The notes under the pieces: model-generated
Told to the model about the DNA's origin: nothing
Database searches by the model: none
Seen by the model: only the letters and a program-made list of their open reading frames with translations
In this document: positions 12,370-23,229 of the stretch, piece after piece
Position numbering within the stretch: the first letter of the stretch is position 1
How the letters are laid out: the number at the start of each line of letters is the position of its first letter
Assembly: GCF_009914755.1 (NCBI RefSeq)
Contig: NC_060935.1
Direction: 5' to 3' (one strand)
Length of the DNA stretch: 64,000 nucleotides
DNA from: the human T2T-CHM13v2.0 reference genome, Homo sapiens
Made by a program: the position numbers and the translations under genes

Positions 12370-12640
12370 AAACAGGCGATTGGCAATACTCCCCTCCGCA
12401 TCCCTGAAGCAGGTGATGATCTCCATAGGTCCCAGGGTATCCGTGCCCCGTTTGATCAGAAAGAAACACACCCAATCTTCCTCTTCCACTGACTTTTCCC
12501 GTGTGAAAGGACTCCCTGGTCAGGCGGTATTCATGCCGCCTGGAAACTCATCTGCCTGTGCCGCTGCTTTTTCCTGGCAGTTTACAATGTTATATTGCTA
12601 CCAAAGCGGGCAAAATGAGGATGTGAAGTCGAGCATCTGA
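12370..12640 (+). mobile_element. putative ancient CR1-clade LINE ORF2 3' fossil
   Basis: Frame NRRLAILPSASLKQ...SRVKGLPGQAVFMP...AAAFS has the motif spacing of CR1 ORF2 C-terminus (ERL..L.L.SLE...RTRGH..KLF.P...FFS), but identity is low. Confidence 0.45.
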
Positions 12641-13825
12641 GAAGGCTCAGAAAGTCTGAATAAGCAATACTGGAATAACAATGTACTCCTCACCAAGGGC
12701 ATTTAGCCAGAAAAGTGCTCCTGCTTAGGAATTCTATTTGTTTTTCTCTTGGAAAATGGGGAAGTACATCTGTAATTCAGCTGTGAATACCCTATTTTCT
12801 TTGCAGGGGAAGACTGGAAATAGAGTCCTTTATCTCAGATATCAAACCCTGGCCCAGGATACACAAGACCAGGAGTCATCACCATCAGTAACAGTAACAA
12901 CAGCTTCATTAACAAGTTGCTGTTCCGACGTGGGCTCCGGGGTGGGGAAGGAAGGAGGGCGTTCGGCTCAACGTCCAGGAGAGGCACCGGCGAACTCGAG
13001 AGCCAAGAGCGGCACTCCCACCTGGGCACTCCTTGCTGATGGACCGGGACCTCCTCTCCCATTTCTCCGGGGCCTCCAGGGCCCTCCCGCACATTCAGCA
13101 TGATCTCTGAGGAGTTCACTAGCTTTCCTCCCTCCGCTCTCCAGCTCCCGTTCCTACCAAATGCACCAATCATCACTAAGCCAGGTCAAAGGCCATGGGA
13201 TCAGCTGTGATCTCTCCCTTCCTTTTTCATTCTCCTCTCCTCATATCCAAACTGTCATTAAACTCAGTGTTTCTTCCTTCAGGCTGTTTCTTGAATTGGT
13301 TTCTTCTCTATCCCACTATTACTGTCCTGATCCGTGCTAATCCAACAGTTTCTGCCCCCACCCCAGGACAGCTTGTGTTATCACGGCCAGGTGGATCTTT
13401 CTAGAACACCAAGCTCAGCGTATCCCTTCTGATCAACAGAGAAGGAGAGGAGAGCCTACACTGTGCTGGGTCACTGTGTTACGCTATGTGCTTGTTTCAT
13501 TTAATACCGTCAACGACCATATAAAGTGTGTTTGATTATCCTTAAGCAAAAAGGTCAAGAAATTATTAGATCAATTTCAAGTCCTCTTCCTGGCATTCAG
13601 AACTCGCCCCAAAATATGGCTGCCTTGACTAGTTGGCTTTATCATCTCCTCTATCCCAAGATGACCTTTGGGGTTCCAATCAGTCCTATCTCTTCCCCGG
13701 GAGTAGGGGTGGAGGGGCAGCACCCCCGGGCAGAAGATGCAGCCAAACAGGAAAGACAGAGTTCACACCTAACTGGCTAAAGTACAGGCAAACACCTGCT
13801 AATGAGTGGTGGTGGCAGTGGTAGG

Positions 13826-14190
13826 GAGTAGGTTGAACTGTGTCCCCAACATTCATATGCCCCAATACTTCAGAATGTGTCTATATTTGGAGATAGGGTC
13901 TTTAAAAAGGTGATTAAGTTAAAATGAGGTCATTAGGGTGCGTCCTAATCCTGCATGACTGGTGTCCTTATAAAAAGAGAAAATTTGGACACAGAGGTAC
14001 AGAGGGAAGACCATGTGAAGATGAGGGAAGGCAGACATCTATAAGCCAAGGGGAGGCCTCGGGAGAAACCAACCCTGTAGACACCTCCATCTCAGACCTC
14101 CTGCCTGCAGAATTGTGAGAAAATAAGTTTCTGTTGTTTAAGCCACAAGATCGTGGTATTTTGTTACAGCAGCCCAGGGAAACTAATACA
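13826..14190 (+). mobile_element. MLT1B-type MaLR solo LTR
   Basis: ggttgaactgtgtcccc...aagttaaaatgaggtcattagggtg...tgactggtgtccttataaaaagag...gtggtattttgttacagcagccc...aaactaataca. Confidence 0.93.
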
Positions 14191-14254
14191 GGAGGCCGGG
14201 CAGGCATTGTCCAAGGGAGCTGGAGAGGCTGAGCACTGGGGCACGAGGGTAGGT

Positions 14255-14500
14255 AATGATGTGAGCTACCTTACTGAGCATCTTCTATACAGCAAGCACC
14301 AGGCTACGCTGTGAACATTCTGCATTCATTATCACTAATCCTTACACATGCCCTGCCAGGAAGTTACTGTCACAGCCATTTTAGAGATATAAGATCCAAA
14401 GTTCAGGGTGGAAAGAAATGTCCCTAGGAGACACACATAATGAGTATCAAGTCTGGCATTGGAATCCCAATCTCCTCCTCACTAAGCCCATGCTTATTCT
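14255..14500 (-). mobile_element. MIR SINE
   Basis: ttactgagcatcttctat...aatcctta...ccattttagagat; antisense MIR layout. Confidence 0.65.
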
Positions 14501-15656
14501 ACTATTCTGTCCTGTGTCCATCAGTAGATGGGCTGGCATCAGTGGACCCCAGATCTGTCCACAGGCAGCAGGGCCCTGACCAACAGGTGGCTTCTCGGAG
14601 CAGTGCCTTGTCTTAGGGGGGCATGTTCACTGAACTCATGAGGTCAGAACACAGGACTTCACAAAGCTGAGGAGAGAAGGGAGATAGCTAGCTCAGTGTG
14701 GCACCCCATTCTTCCCGTTGAGCCCTCTCCTCTTCCTGTTGAAGTTCAGCGTGGTTCTGGAAGTACCTGAGTGGGAAGTAGCTTTAGCTTCCCACGACTG
14801 TTCAATAGCATTCAAGTAACCCTTCATGGCATGCCGAGATTCCTAATGAGATGAGAATACATTCTTTAAAGCTCCAGTTAACGTGTATGCAGATGGGAGC
14901 TTGGAGGACTATTTTGCTAAATGATGCACCCTGTGAATAACCATCACCCCCATATCTACTAGGGCAGGCACCCCTTCTCTGTCCTCAGCTGGGGACCCCT
15001 CTCATCCCACTTGGACTCAGAGTCCCTGGTGCCCCGAAGGAAAGCAAATCAGCCTCACTTATAATTAAGTGTCTCAAATAAAGTTTTGTTTTAGGCTAAA
15101 TAAGAAAAGTGATACCAAGTCAAACAGATCACAACTGATTATTAAGAACAGATCTACTACAGTTTGACAACTGCCACAAACACAAATCTTATTTGGGAGT
15201 TGCTAAAACTCAGTAAATATCATTTTAATAATTAATTAAACTTTAATTAATGTCTTGACAGTAGTCTCAACCTGATAGGACTCTTCACAATGTGCAGGCT
15301 GTGATGAGGATGGTGGCTGCTGGGACGGCCAAGGGCAGCTAGGTTTCAGGTGTCCCCTCCTTGGGGCAAGGAGAACTAAGTTCACTTTCCCCCAAGAAAA
15401 ATCTGTGGTCTACACAAATCAACCTAACCACTGAATCATCAAACACTCTGAGAATTCAGGTTACCAACAGTGACTGCAGGAGAATCTAAAGTGCTTTTGC
15501 ATCCTTAGAGAAAAATCTCTGCTCCATCTTTTTATGGATCCAGTGGGTGGCAGAAGGAATGGAGTTACTGCAACATGACAATCTCCATCCTGCCTGATGC
15601 GCGAGCACATAACCGCCTAAGTTTAAAGAGAATTCTGGATATAATTTATTATATAA

Positions 15657-15948
15657 GCCTGTAATCCCAGCACTTTGGGAGGCCAAGGCAAGTGGATCAC
15701 CTGAGGCCAGGAGTTTGAGACCAGCCTGGCCAATATGGTGAACCCCCCACCTCTACTAAAAATACAGAAATTAGCTGGGGGGTGGTGGCTCATGCCTATA
15801 ATCCCAGCTACTTGGGAGGCTGAGGCATGAGAATCACTTGAACCCAGGAGGCAGAGGTTGCATGGAACTGAGATCGCGCCACTGCACTCCAGCCTGGGCG
15901 ACAGAGCAAGACTCCGTCTCAAAAAAACCCAAAAAACAACAACAAAAA
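15657..15948 (+). mobile_element. AluS SINE, 5'-truncated by about 20 nt
   Basis: Starts at gcctgtaatccc; 17-bp TSD ataatttatta(t/c)at(a/g)ag at 15641 and 15949. Confidence 0.96.
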
Positions 15949-16199
15949 ATAATTTATTACATGAGTAGCTCCCAAATAGCATAATTAGTATCATGTTAGC
16001 TGTAAAATTAAACAAAAAAGACTTCTGTCCAGTTCCCTAGAAATTCTAATTTAGTAGGAATGAGCTAAAAGGTCTGATTTAGTAAGGTGAGAATTTAGTA
16101 GGCTCAGGAATCTATATTTTTAACCAGTTCCCACTGTGCGAGGATGCTGTGCCAGCAAAGGGCTTCTTCAAGCCACAGAGCCTCCCCTCCCAGCTGCCC

Positions 16200-16623
16200 T
16201 CTCTCCACTGAGCCTGAAGCATGGGCGGCGGTGGGAGCCGCTTCATTATAAAAAGCAGAACATCCCTAAAAACAGGATATTCTAGGGACACCAAAGAGCC
16301 GACACTCCATTGGAAACGCCTCCTCTGGGGTCCAGGAAGGCCACTCCACAGTGGCGCTGAACTACTGTTTCTCAGCAAGGTGGTCCGGGCCTTCTGCCGT
16401 CAGCCAGCCACGCCCCACTCCCAGTGGTCCTCTTCCGACATGAAAGATGCCAGGAACAGGAAAAGCAAAACAGCGCGCAGCGACTTTCCTACTCTAGTAG
16501 CATTTTCTTTCTGTGTCTCTGGTGAGTCAGAGTTTGTTTGAATGTGAATTATCTGCAATCACGAAAGTGACAGTACAGCTGGCTGCCGGGCCCGAAGGAA
16601 ATGTGTGCTCCAGATAAGGGCGA

Positions 16624-16654
<31 letters not shown>

Positions 16655-17020
16655 CATGCATTTTGGGGGGCTGGGGCTGTCCTCACTTATCAAAGCAATT
16701 CCCAAGGCGGCCTCTCTGAGTGAGGCAGGGTCTGGCAGGGCCGAGCCCCTCAGAGCCCTCTGCCCCGTTGGTGCTGTGCCGGCGAAAGGCCACGCCTCTT
16801 CAATCTGGGGCACCCCTGCCGCCTGCTCCACCTCGCCCGTCCTTGGGTTCTGGTCAATGTTGGGTTGCCCCCTTTTCCTAGGGATGTGGGAGGAGAAGAG
16901 AAAATGGAGGTCTATATTGCCACCTCATTCTCCGGGTGCGGGAAACTTTCCCTCAGAGGCAGGACGCAGGCAGGTGAGGATCACCCGCCACGGCTTTTGT
17001 CCACTCATGGTGTGAGTCTC
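16200..17020. promoter_or_regulatory. CpG-enriched promoter/enhancer-like block
   Basis: Unique GC-rich sequence with many retained CpGs, TATAAAAA near 16247, AP-1 TGAGTCA near 16523 and a (TG)n(CG)n tract. Confidence 0.5.
16624..16660. repeat. (TG)n-(CG)n alternating purine-pyrimidine microsatellite
   Basis: (gt)n run followed by gcgcgcgtgcatgca. Confidence 0.95.
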
Positions 17021-17249
17021 AAGAGGAGGGAAAGTGGGTAGGGTCTTTAAGTTTGGTACTGTGGCCCTCTGAGGTTGGCGACAACCTGAAAGCTACCAGC
17101 AGAGAAAAGTAGGTGGAGACAGTGCTTTTGGCCACGACCCGTTTTTGTCATCCTCGTTCCTCCTACAAAATGAAAAATGGTCCAGAGGCCATTCAGATCC
17201 CCGCACCAGTCACTGAAAAGAAACCAGTTTAGGTGTCCAAGGCTTTTTG

Positions 17250-18285
17250 GTCATTTACTAGACATTTATTGAGTGCCTTCGAAGCTCTGGCGTGGTGCTA
17301 GGTATTAGGTGCTAGGTGTTAGGTGTTGAGTGTTGGGTGCTAGGTGCTAGGCACTGGGTGCTGGGTGCTAGGTTCCTCATCTCAGGGAGCTCAATCTCTC
17401 ATAGGAGTGGCAGATAGGTAAATAGCTATAACAAAGTGTGAGAAACCTGAAACTGAGGAAGCACAGGGGGCTGTGGAAGCCCACATTGCTGATTCCTAAC
17501 CAAGAGCGGAGGAGTTGGGGCTGTGAGGATGAATGGTCTGAGAAGGCCATTTAGGGTACGGACTGATGCTGGGATGTGCAGAAAGGGAGAAAGGAGGCTC
17601 CATGCAGAGGTCACAGCCCATGCAAAGGCCTGGAAGCCAGAGAGAGCCTCATGCATTTAGGAAGTAGCAGACAATAGGCAGGGTAGCATCACTGAAGCAA
17701 AGCAGGTGGGCCAAGGTGGGGAGGGGATGAGGGCAGGGCTAGGGGCAGGGCCCCAGATGTGAAGCGCCTTTTATGCCATTCTTAGAAGTTTGGACGTCCT
17801 CATGGAGGTAAAGGGGAGCCCCAGGATGCCTCAAGGTATGTAGGAAGATGGGGCAGGAGGCCATTGCAGAGACCCAGGTAAGAAACGATGAAGGCCTGGG
17901 ACAGGGCTGCGCTGCCTGAGGTGATGAGGAGGGAAAGACTCCAGGCTTATTAGGAAGTAGACGCAACAGGCTCTGGTAACTGACAGGAGTGTACATTCTG
18001 CAGAGGGCGACAGACATTCAACAACAAATGACACAATCAACTATGCAATTACCATGGTGATAAGTGTGCTGAGGGAGAGTGGAGGGTGTGGGGTTCCGTA
18101 GGGGGATCTGACCTGGCCAGAAGTGGGCGAGACCTCCTTGAAGAGGTGATGTTCAACCTGAGGCTGACGGGCGAGGAGGAAATATCCAGGTGAGGTGTTG
18201 AGTGGGGAGCACGGAACAGCATCTGAAAATGGGTTGCAGGGGGAGCACGGTGCTTGGAGGACCTAAAAGACCAGTCTGGCTAGAT
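17250..18285 (-). mobile_element. L2 LINE fragments
   Basis: catttattgagtgcc (antisense L2 3' end), ctcagggagctcaatct, gcaaaggcctgga, gaagaggtgatgttcaacctgaggctga. Confidence 0.75.
17294..17370. repeat. 7-bp tandem repeat (GGTGCTA)x11, degenerate
   Basis: ggtgcta ggtatta ggtgcta ggtgtta ggtgttg agtgttg ggtgcta ggtgcta ggcactg ggtgctg ggtgcta. Confidence 0.92.
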
Positions 18286-18287
18286 AG

Positions 18288-18679
18288 GGCAGGTCAGCTA
18301 AGGACTGCAGACCAAATTTGATTCCCTGACTGTTTTTGTAAAGGAGGTTTTGTTGGAACACAGCCACGCCCTCTGCATTCGTATTGGGTAGAGCAGCTTT
18401 TGCATCACATAGGGCCAGGGCTGGGGAGGGGAAAGGGAGGTGCCCAGGGTGCAATACTGAAGGAGACCCTCACTCCCAGGCTGGTGCACAAGCCACAGCC
18501 CGGACAGTCAGTGCCTCCCTCAATTTTGTACCTAGAGCACCTTACCTGCCTTACACAGTTCTGGCCTCTCTGCCACAATACAATGACATAATCAATGGAG
18601 GAGTTGCAACAGAGACCTTCTGGTTGCAAAGCTTAACGTATTTACTCTCTGGCTCTTTGTAGAAGCATGTAGACCCCTG
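18288..18679 (-). mobile_element. MER58A (hAT-Charlie) split by MER96
   Basis: tgtttttgtaaa..gttttgttggaacacagccacgccc left of the insert; gttgcaacagagacc...tatttactctctggctctttgtagaa...gacccctg right of it. Confidence 0.88.
18410..18569. mobile_element. MER96 (hAT-Tip100 palindromic MITE) nested in MER58A
   Basis: agggccagggctgggg...cagggtgcaa..aaggagaccctcactc...agtgcctccctcaattttgtacctagagcacc...ttctggcct. Confidence 0.8.
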
Positions 18680-18731
18680 GCTTAGAGCAGCATAAAGAGG
18701 GGAGCGTGTGGCCCAGGCCGAGCCCTGATAC

Positions 18732-19193
18732 TGTTGCAGCTCTGGCCACAGCCCCTTAGCATTCAACTAGACATGCAGAAGAAACCTGTGCTAATGCCTG
18801 CGATTCTCTGTGGGACAGCGGGTGTGATGGAGTCACGGAGATGTGATGGGGGGCATTTGGGAACATGCTCATTCTGTCTTGGGCAAATGGCATGTGCTGG
18901 AGAGTTTCCGCCCTGGGAGGCAGCCCTCTACACATGATAGGTATGGGGCTGGTGGGGATAAATGCCCCAATTTCCTCACTTCTCCTTGGGGAGAATGCCA
19001 CGTCCCAGAGTTGCACGGTGGGCTGACTGCCAGTTGCACACAGTGGTATCTACATGATGATGAATCCTTTACTGGCGTCTTTCCTTCCTTTCCTACTCAC
19101 TTCCTCCCTCCCCTACCAGGGTTTCCTGGGATCGCCCCCTGAAACAAACTACTTGCATTTGAATCCTTGTCTCTGGGTCTGCTTTGAGGGAAG
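18732..19193 (+). mobile_element. LTR16-family (ERVL) solo LTR
   Basis: ggggataaatgccccaa...ccagttgcacacagtggta...ttcctgggatc...aaacaaactacttgcatttgaatccttgtctctgggtctgcttt. Confidence 0.85.
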
Positions 19194-20359
19194 ATGTGGG
19201 ATATCCCTGAGCTGCCTGAGGTGGGGGCTTATGTACCAAATCCCACCATAGAGAAGGAGGCCCCTGCTGGGTGATCAGCGGAGTTTTACTTACATGAACT
19301 TTCCTCCTGCTTCCCCATCCCAGGCACCCGAGGCGTCAAGCCACAGGGTGAAGACTCAGGCTTCATCTTTTTCTCAGATTCTAAACTCACACCCCACCTT
19401 TCTGTGTGGCTGCATGGCTGGGGACTCCATCCTCCTAATGATCAGGTTCTTGTGCAAGCCTGTGACACTTTCACCTTGTGACAATGCCCAGACAACTAAT
19501 AGAGTCTCTGTTTTGCCACCGGATAATTGTTTATTTCCTCTTTCAAGGGAACTGTGTAGAGGAAGAAATCAGTTGAGAAAAACAGTCTTGAGCTACTCAG
19601 GCTATCCCCATCTATTTTGTGGGGGAAGAAAACTATTCAGCATTTTCAGGTTCCTTCCTTTCAGATCTTCCCAAAGATCTCAGTGCACAACCAGGGCTGG
19701 TCTGGGACAGTTGCTGTGCTTCCGCTCTGCCCTGGCCAGCCTCTTAGGGGGTCTCCAAATTAAAATGCAAGTTTTAAGTCAGTGCTCTCCTTTCCTGGGG
19801 ATTGTTGACAGCTCAAGACCACATGGGCTCATCACTGTGATCTTAAGGAAAGAAATGATCAGGGCAAATGGCTCCAAATGAAGATGAAAAAGCTTTTACA
19901 GTGACAGGGAAGAAACATTGCAGGCTGCTTGAGAAAATGCAGTTTGGGAATATAGGAGAACGTGGACCATTTTGCAAATCAAAAACAAGAGGAAAAGGGA
20001 CTACAGCACGTGAAACATACTAAAGAGAAGAGCAAAAATGAGATTAGAAATAAAAGAAGGGCAGGCAAAAGGAGGAAAGAGAATGCGGGGGAGGCAAACA
20101 TCAGAGAGACTGCACAAGAGCAAGAGGGAAGACAGAGAATGTTCAAACACCATCCACGATGAACACGGTTGCAGAGAGGCCAGTGTTCCACCGTCAAGAG
20201 CGCAGAAAAGCCCTTGGTGCTCCTCTGAAGAATGCAAGAGCAATCTGCAGTGTTATTGACTAGTGGAAAAATGGCTCCTCTCTGACTTAGCACAGGATGC
20301 AATTTATCTTCAGAGAGTACCCTCCATACACCCAATGTTAGTTCTTAGGCATGAGGTTG

Positions 20360-20600
20360 GGCAGGAGAAGGGCGGAGGAAGAGGTGTGGGAAAAGAGGCA
20401 GACAGGGAGGTGAGGGGGAATGTGGGAGGTGATGAGAAAGAAGGAAAAAGAAGAAAGGAGATGGAGAGAGTGAGAGGGAGACAGGAGGGGAGAAGGAGGA
20501 ACAGATAGGAGGGAGCTATGAAAGAAAGAGTAAGGTTAGAATAAAGATTTGGGAAGGAGAGGGAGGCGGAGGAAGAAAGAGGAAGGGAGGGAGCTGGAGA
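20360..20600. repeat. GA-rich low-complexity polypurine tract
   Basis: About 240 bp almost entirely A/G on the + strand. Confidence 0.85.
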
Positions 20601-20634
20601 GCAAGATTTTGAAACTCTTGAACTAAGAAGAGCA

Positions 20635-20835
20635 AAGCAGCTAATATGTATGGAGCACCTGCTAGGTGTCACGCATTGAGCTAGGTGTCATTTCATTATT
20701 ATTTGATCTCATGCTAACACCACCTTGGTGTTATCTCCCTCATTTTTATAGGTGAGGGATGGGTGCTCTGAGTTTCAATAACTTTGCCCAGAACCACAGC
20801 ATTGAGGCTGTAGGGAGGTTAGGATTGGAGCTCAG
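20635..20835 (-). mobile_element. MIR SINE
   Basis: tatggagcacctgctaggtgtca...catttttataggtgaggga...taactttgccca. Confidence 0.8.
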
Positions 20836-23229
20836 GGGACAAAGCCTGTTTCAGATGACACAGGTCAGCCACATCCCAGGGAAACAGGAAGGGACTGACT
20901 TTTATGGATCTCTAGCTCCCATCTAAGTGATACTGATGGAGCACAGAAGATTCCTGGGGACACTCACTGTGGCCTGTGAAAACCTGGGCCTCCAAACACC
21001 AGGGGGAGCTATCACCCTGGAAGAAACAGCCAAATGCATCTGAAAACTGGCCATATCAGTCAAAGAAGGTATTTACTAGCCTGAGTGTGAGTGTGAGTGT
21101 GTGTGTGTTGGGGGTGGGGGGGACGTGTGGGGGAGAGTAACAGCTGATTCTTTCTAGCTGATTTTCATTTTATACTGGACCTCATCTAGATGGGATCCAC
21201 CCATTATTTGCAGTGGGTGCCTGTTTTGTTTCCTTTCCCCTGCTTGTTGGCTGCTGACTCATTTGCCCTGGTTACCTGGGAAGGCGGGAATGAGCCTAGG
21301 GCAGGCATAGAGCTCAGCGCATCCAAGATGATTTGGTGCGTTTTTGACAGATGAATGACCAATGGGAGGATGAACACGTGCTTGAACTGGAAGGGTTCTG
21401 GAAGAAGCATTTGATTCTTCCTCACCCAGGTCAGATCACCATCTCAAACATCACTTTAAAACAAAGAACGCCACAAAGGGAGATTTCTTTGCCTTCCTTA
21501 GATCTTCACGCTGGTCCTTACCTTCAAGGCTGTCCTCGCTGGACTTTAGCTGTTGAACCCACTGGCATCCTTTCGGAAGCCTGAGGTTGGGAGTTAGGAG
21601 AGAAGCTAATTATTCTATGGTGTCTTGGATATGCTAACAATAACAGCTCCCGTCCAAGGCTGTCATGTTATTTAATGAAATAGTGGAAGCGTGATTATAG
21701 TTTATAAACTCAAGTACTTTGACAGTGGTCACTGCTCTGAAGGTGCCACTGTTGTACAAGTGGCTATGTGAACCAGCAGTGATAGAATGTCCCAGCTGTT
21801 GGCTATGCCTTACCCTATTACCCTAGATCTATTGACTCAGATGCTTAGGAAGTTCTCACGGGGAACTGTTCCTTGTAGACTCTGCTCAGGCAGGTTGGCG
21901 TGGCCAGGCTTGGGAATGGCTGTCACCACACACCTTGTCCTCCATCCTCACTCATCTCTGTCCTCCTGCTGGCCAGTCACCCCCACCTAGTGGTTCTCGT
22001 CTGTTTTAATGAGTTCAGAGTCATTGCCAAACTAAGTAGTCAGCTTCCATCAGTGCTATTCTTCATGTTGAGCCACAACATAAAACACTTTATTGCAATT
22101 ACAAATAGCAAAATTATTTTCTGCCGAGCCTCAGCATCTGAACTTAATGGCATGCTGTAATGCCACCCTGCGCTGATGTGTGGCATATTTAATATCCATC
22201 TTTCTTAGAAATAACAGTGTTCAGAAATTAGAAGGGACTTTAGCAGTGAAATAATTAATGTGGATAACCATCATAAACAGCACAAATGGAACAAATACAG
22301 ATGGTAGTGAGCCGTGATTGCTAATATGCTAACCTGTTTTGACAGAACTCTACATTTTTTCATTGGGAGGTTCATGGATAGAAGTTAAAATATCCCTTGC
22401 CTTATGACAAGAGCTTTGTCTTTCTGGGTAAGAGATTCAATGATCTCCTACCTGGGCAAGGTAGCATCACCAGAATTTGCGCTGAGAGGAGGGCTTGCAT
22501 CCCAGCTCTGGGCTCTCTCACACCCTTCCATCTCCTGCAGCCACATTTCTGCCCTCTGCCTCAGGCTCAGGCAGGCGGGCCCACCCAGAACTGCAGCCAG
22601 ACACCCACCTCTTCTGTGCTATGGCTCTGAGGGAGGGGCAGGGGCTCCCTGGCTGGGCTCACTTAGTGGGAAGCAGCTCTTTGAAGATCCTAGCTGCATG
22701 CAGGTGCAAGTTGCGGAACCCAACTCCAAGAGGCTGCACGGAAATGAAAAATTGCCATAGAAAGATGACTCACCAAATCACAGACACTAAGCTATTGAGA
22801 CAAATATAAGGACGAGGGTGTTTGGGGGCACTGGAAACACTTGGCTGTGCCTGCTTTTGGCCCTGCTGGCCTTTAAGCAGCATTAGCAGCAGAAGGGCCA
22901 TCCAAGTTTCTCTGGATGAGTCAGAGGTCCTCAGAGAAATGCTGGAGGGCAAACTGGGGAAGGAAGGTAGAAAGGATCTAGCTTTAACTTATTAAGGATA
23001 AGTGCTGTGCTTTACACATATTTTATTTACTCTCAATAATAATCATTTGCCGTGGGCATGGTAAGTTAATATTTAAGATGGGGAACCTAAGAATTAGACA
23101 ATAAGTGATTTGCCAAGTTCACCAGGGGCAGGGAAGCTATGGGCAGAGCGGCTAGGGATTAGGGTCACACCACCCCGGCCAGGAGCCCCATTGATACGAT
23201 ACAGGGGGCCTCACTGAGTCTTTCTGCCC

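Noticed and set aside
12413-12640. Possible C/D-box snoRNA (GTGATGA...CTGA)
   Set aside because: About 228 nt, no clear terminal stem, and no resemblance to U3 or SNORD17 as I recall them.
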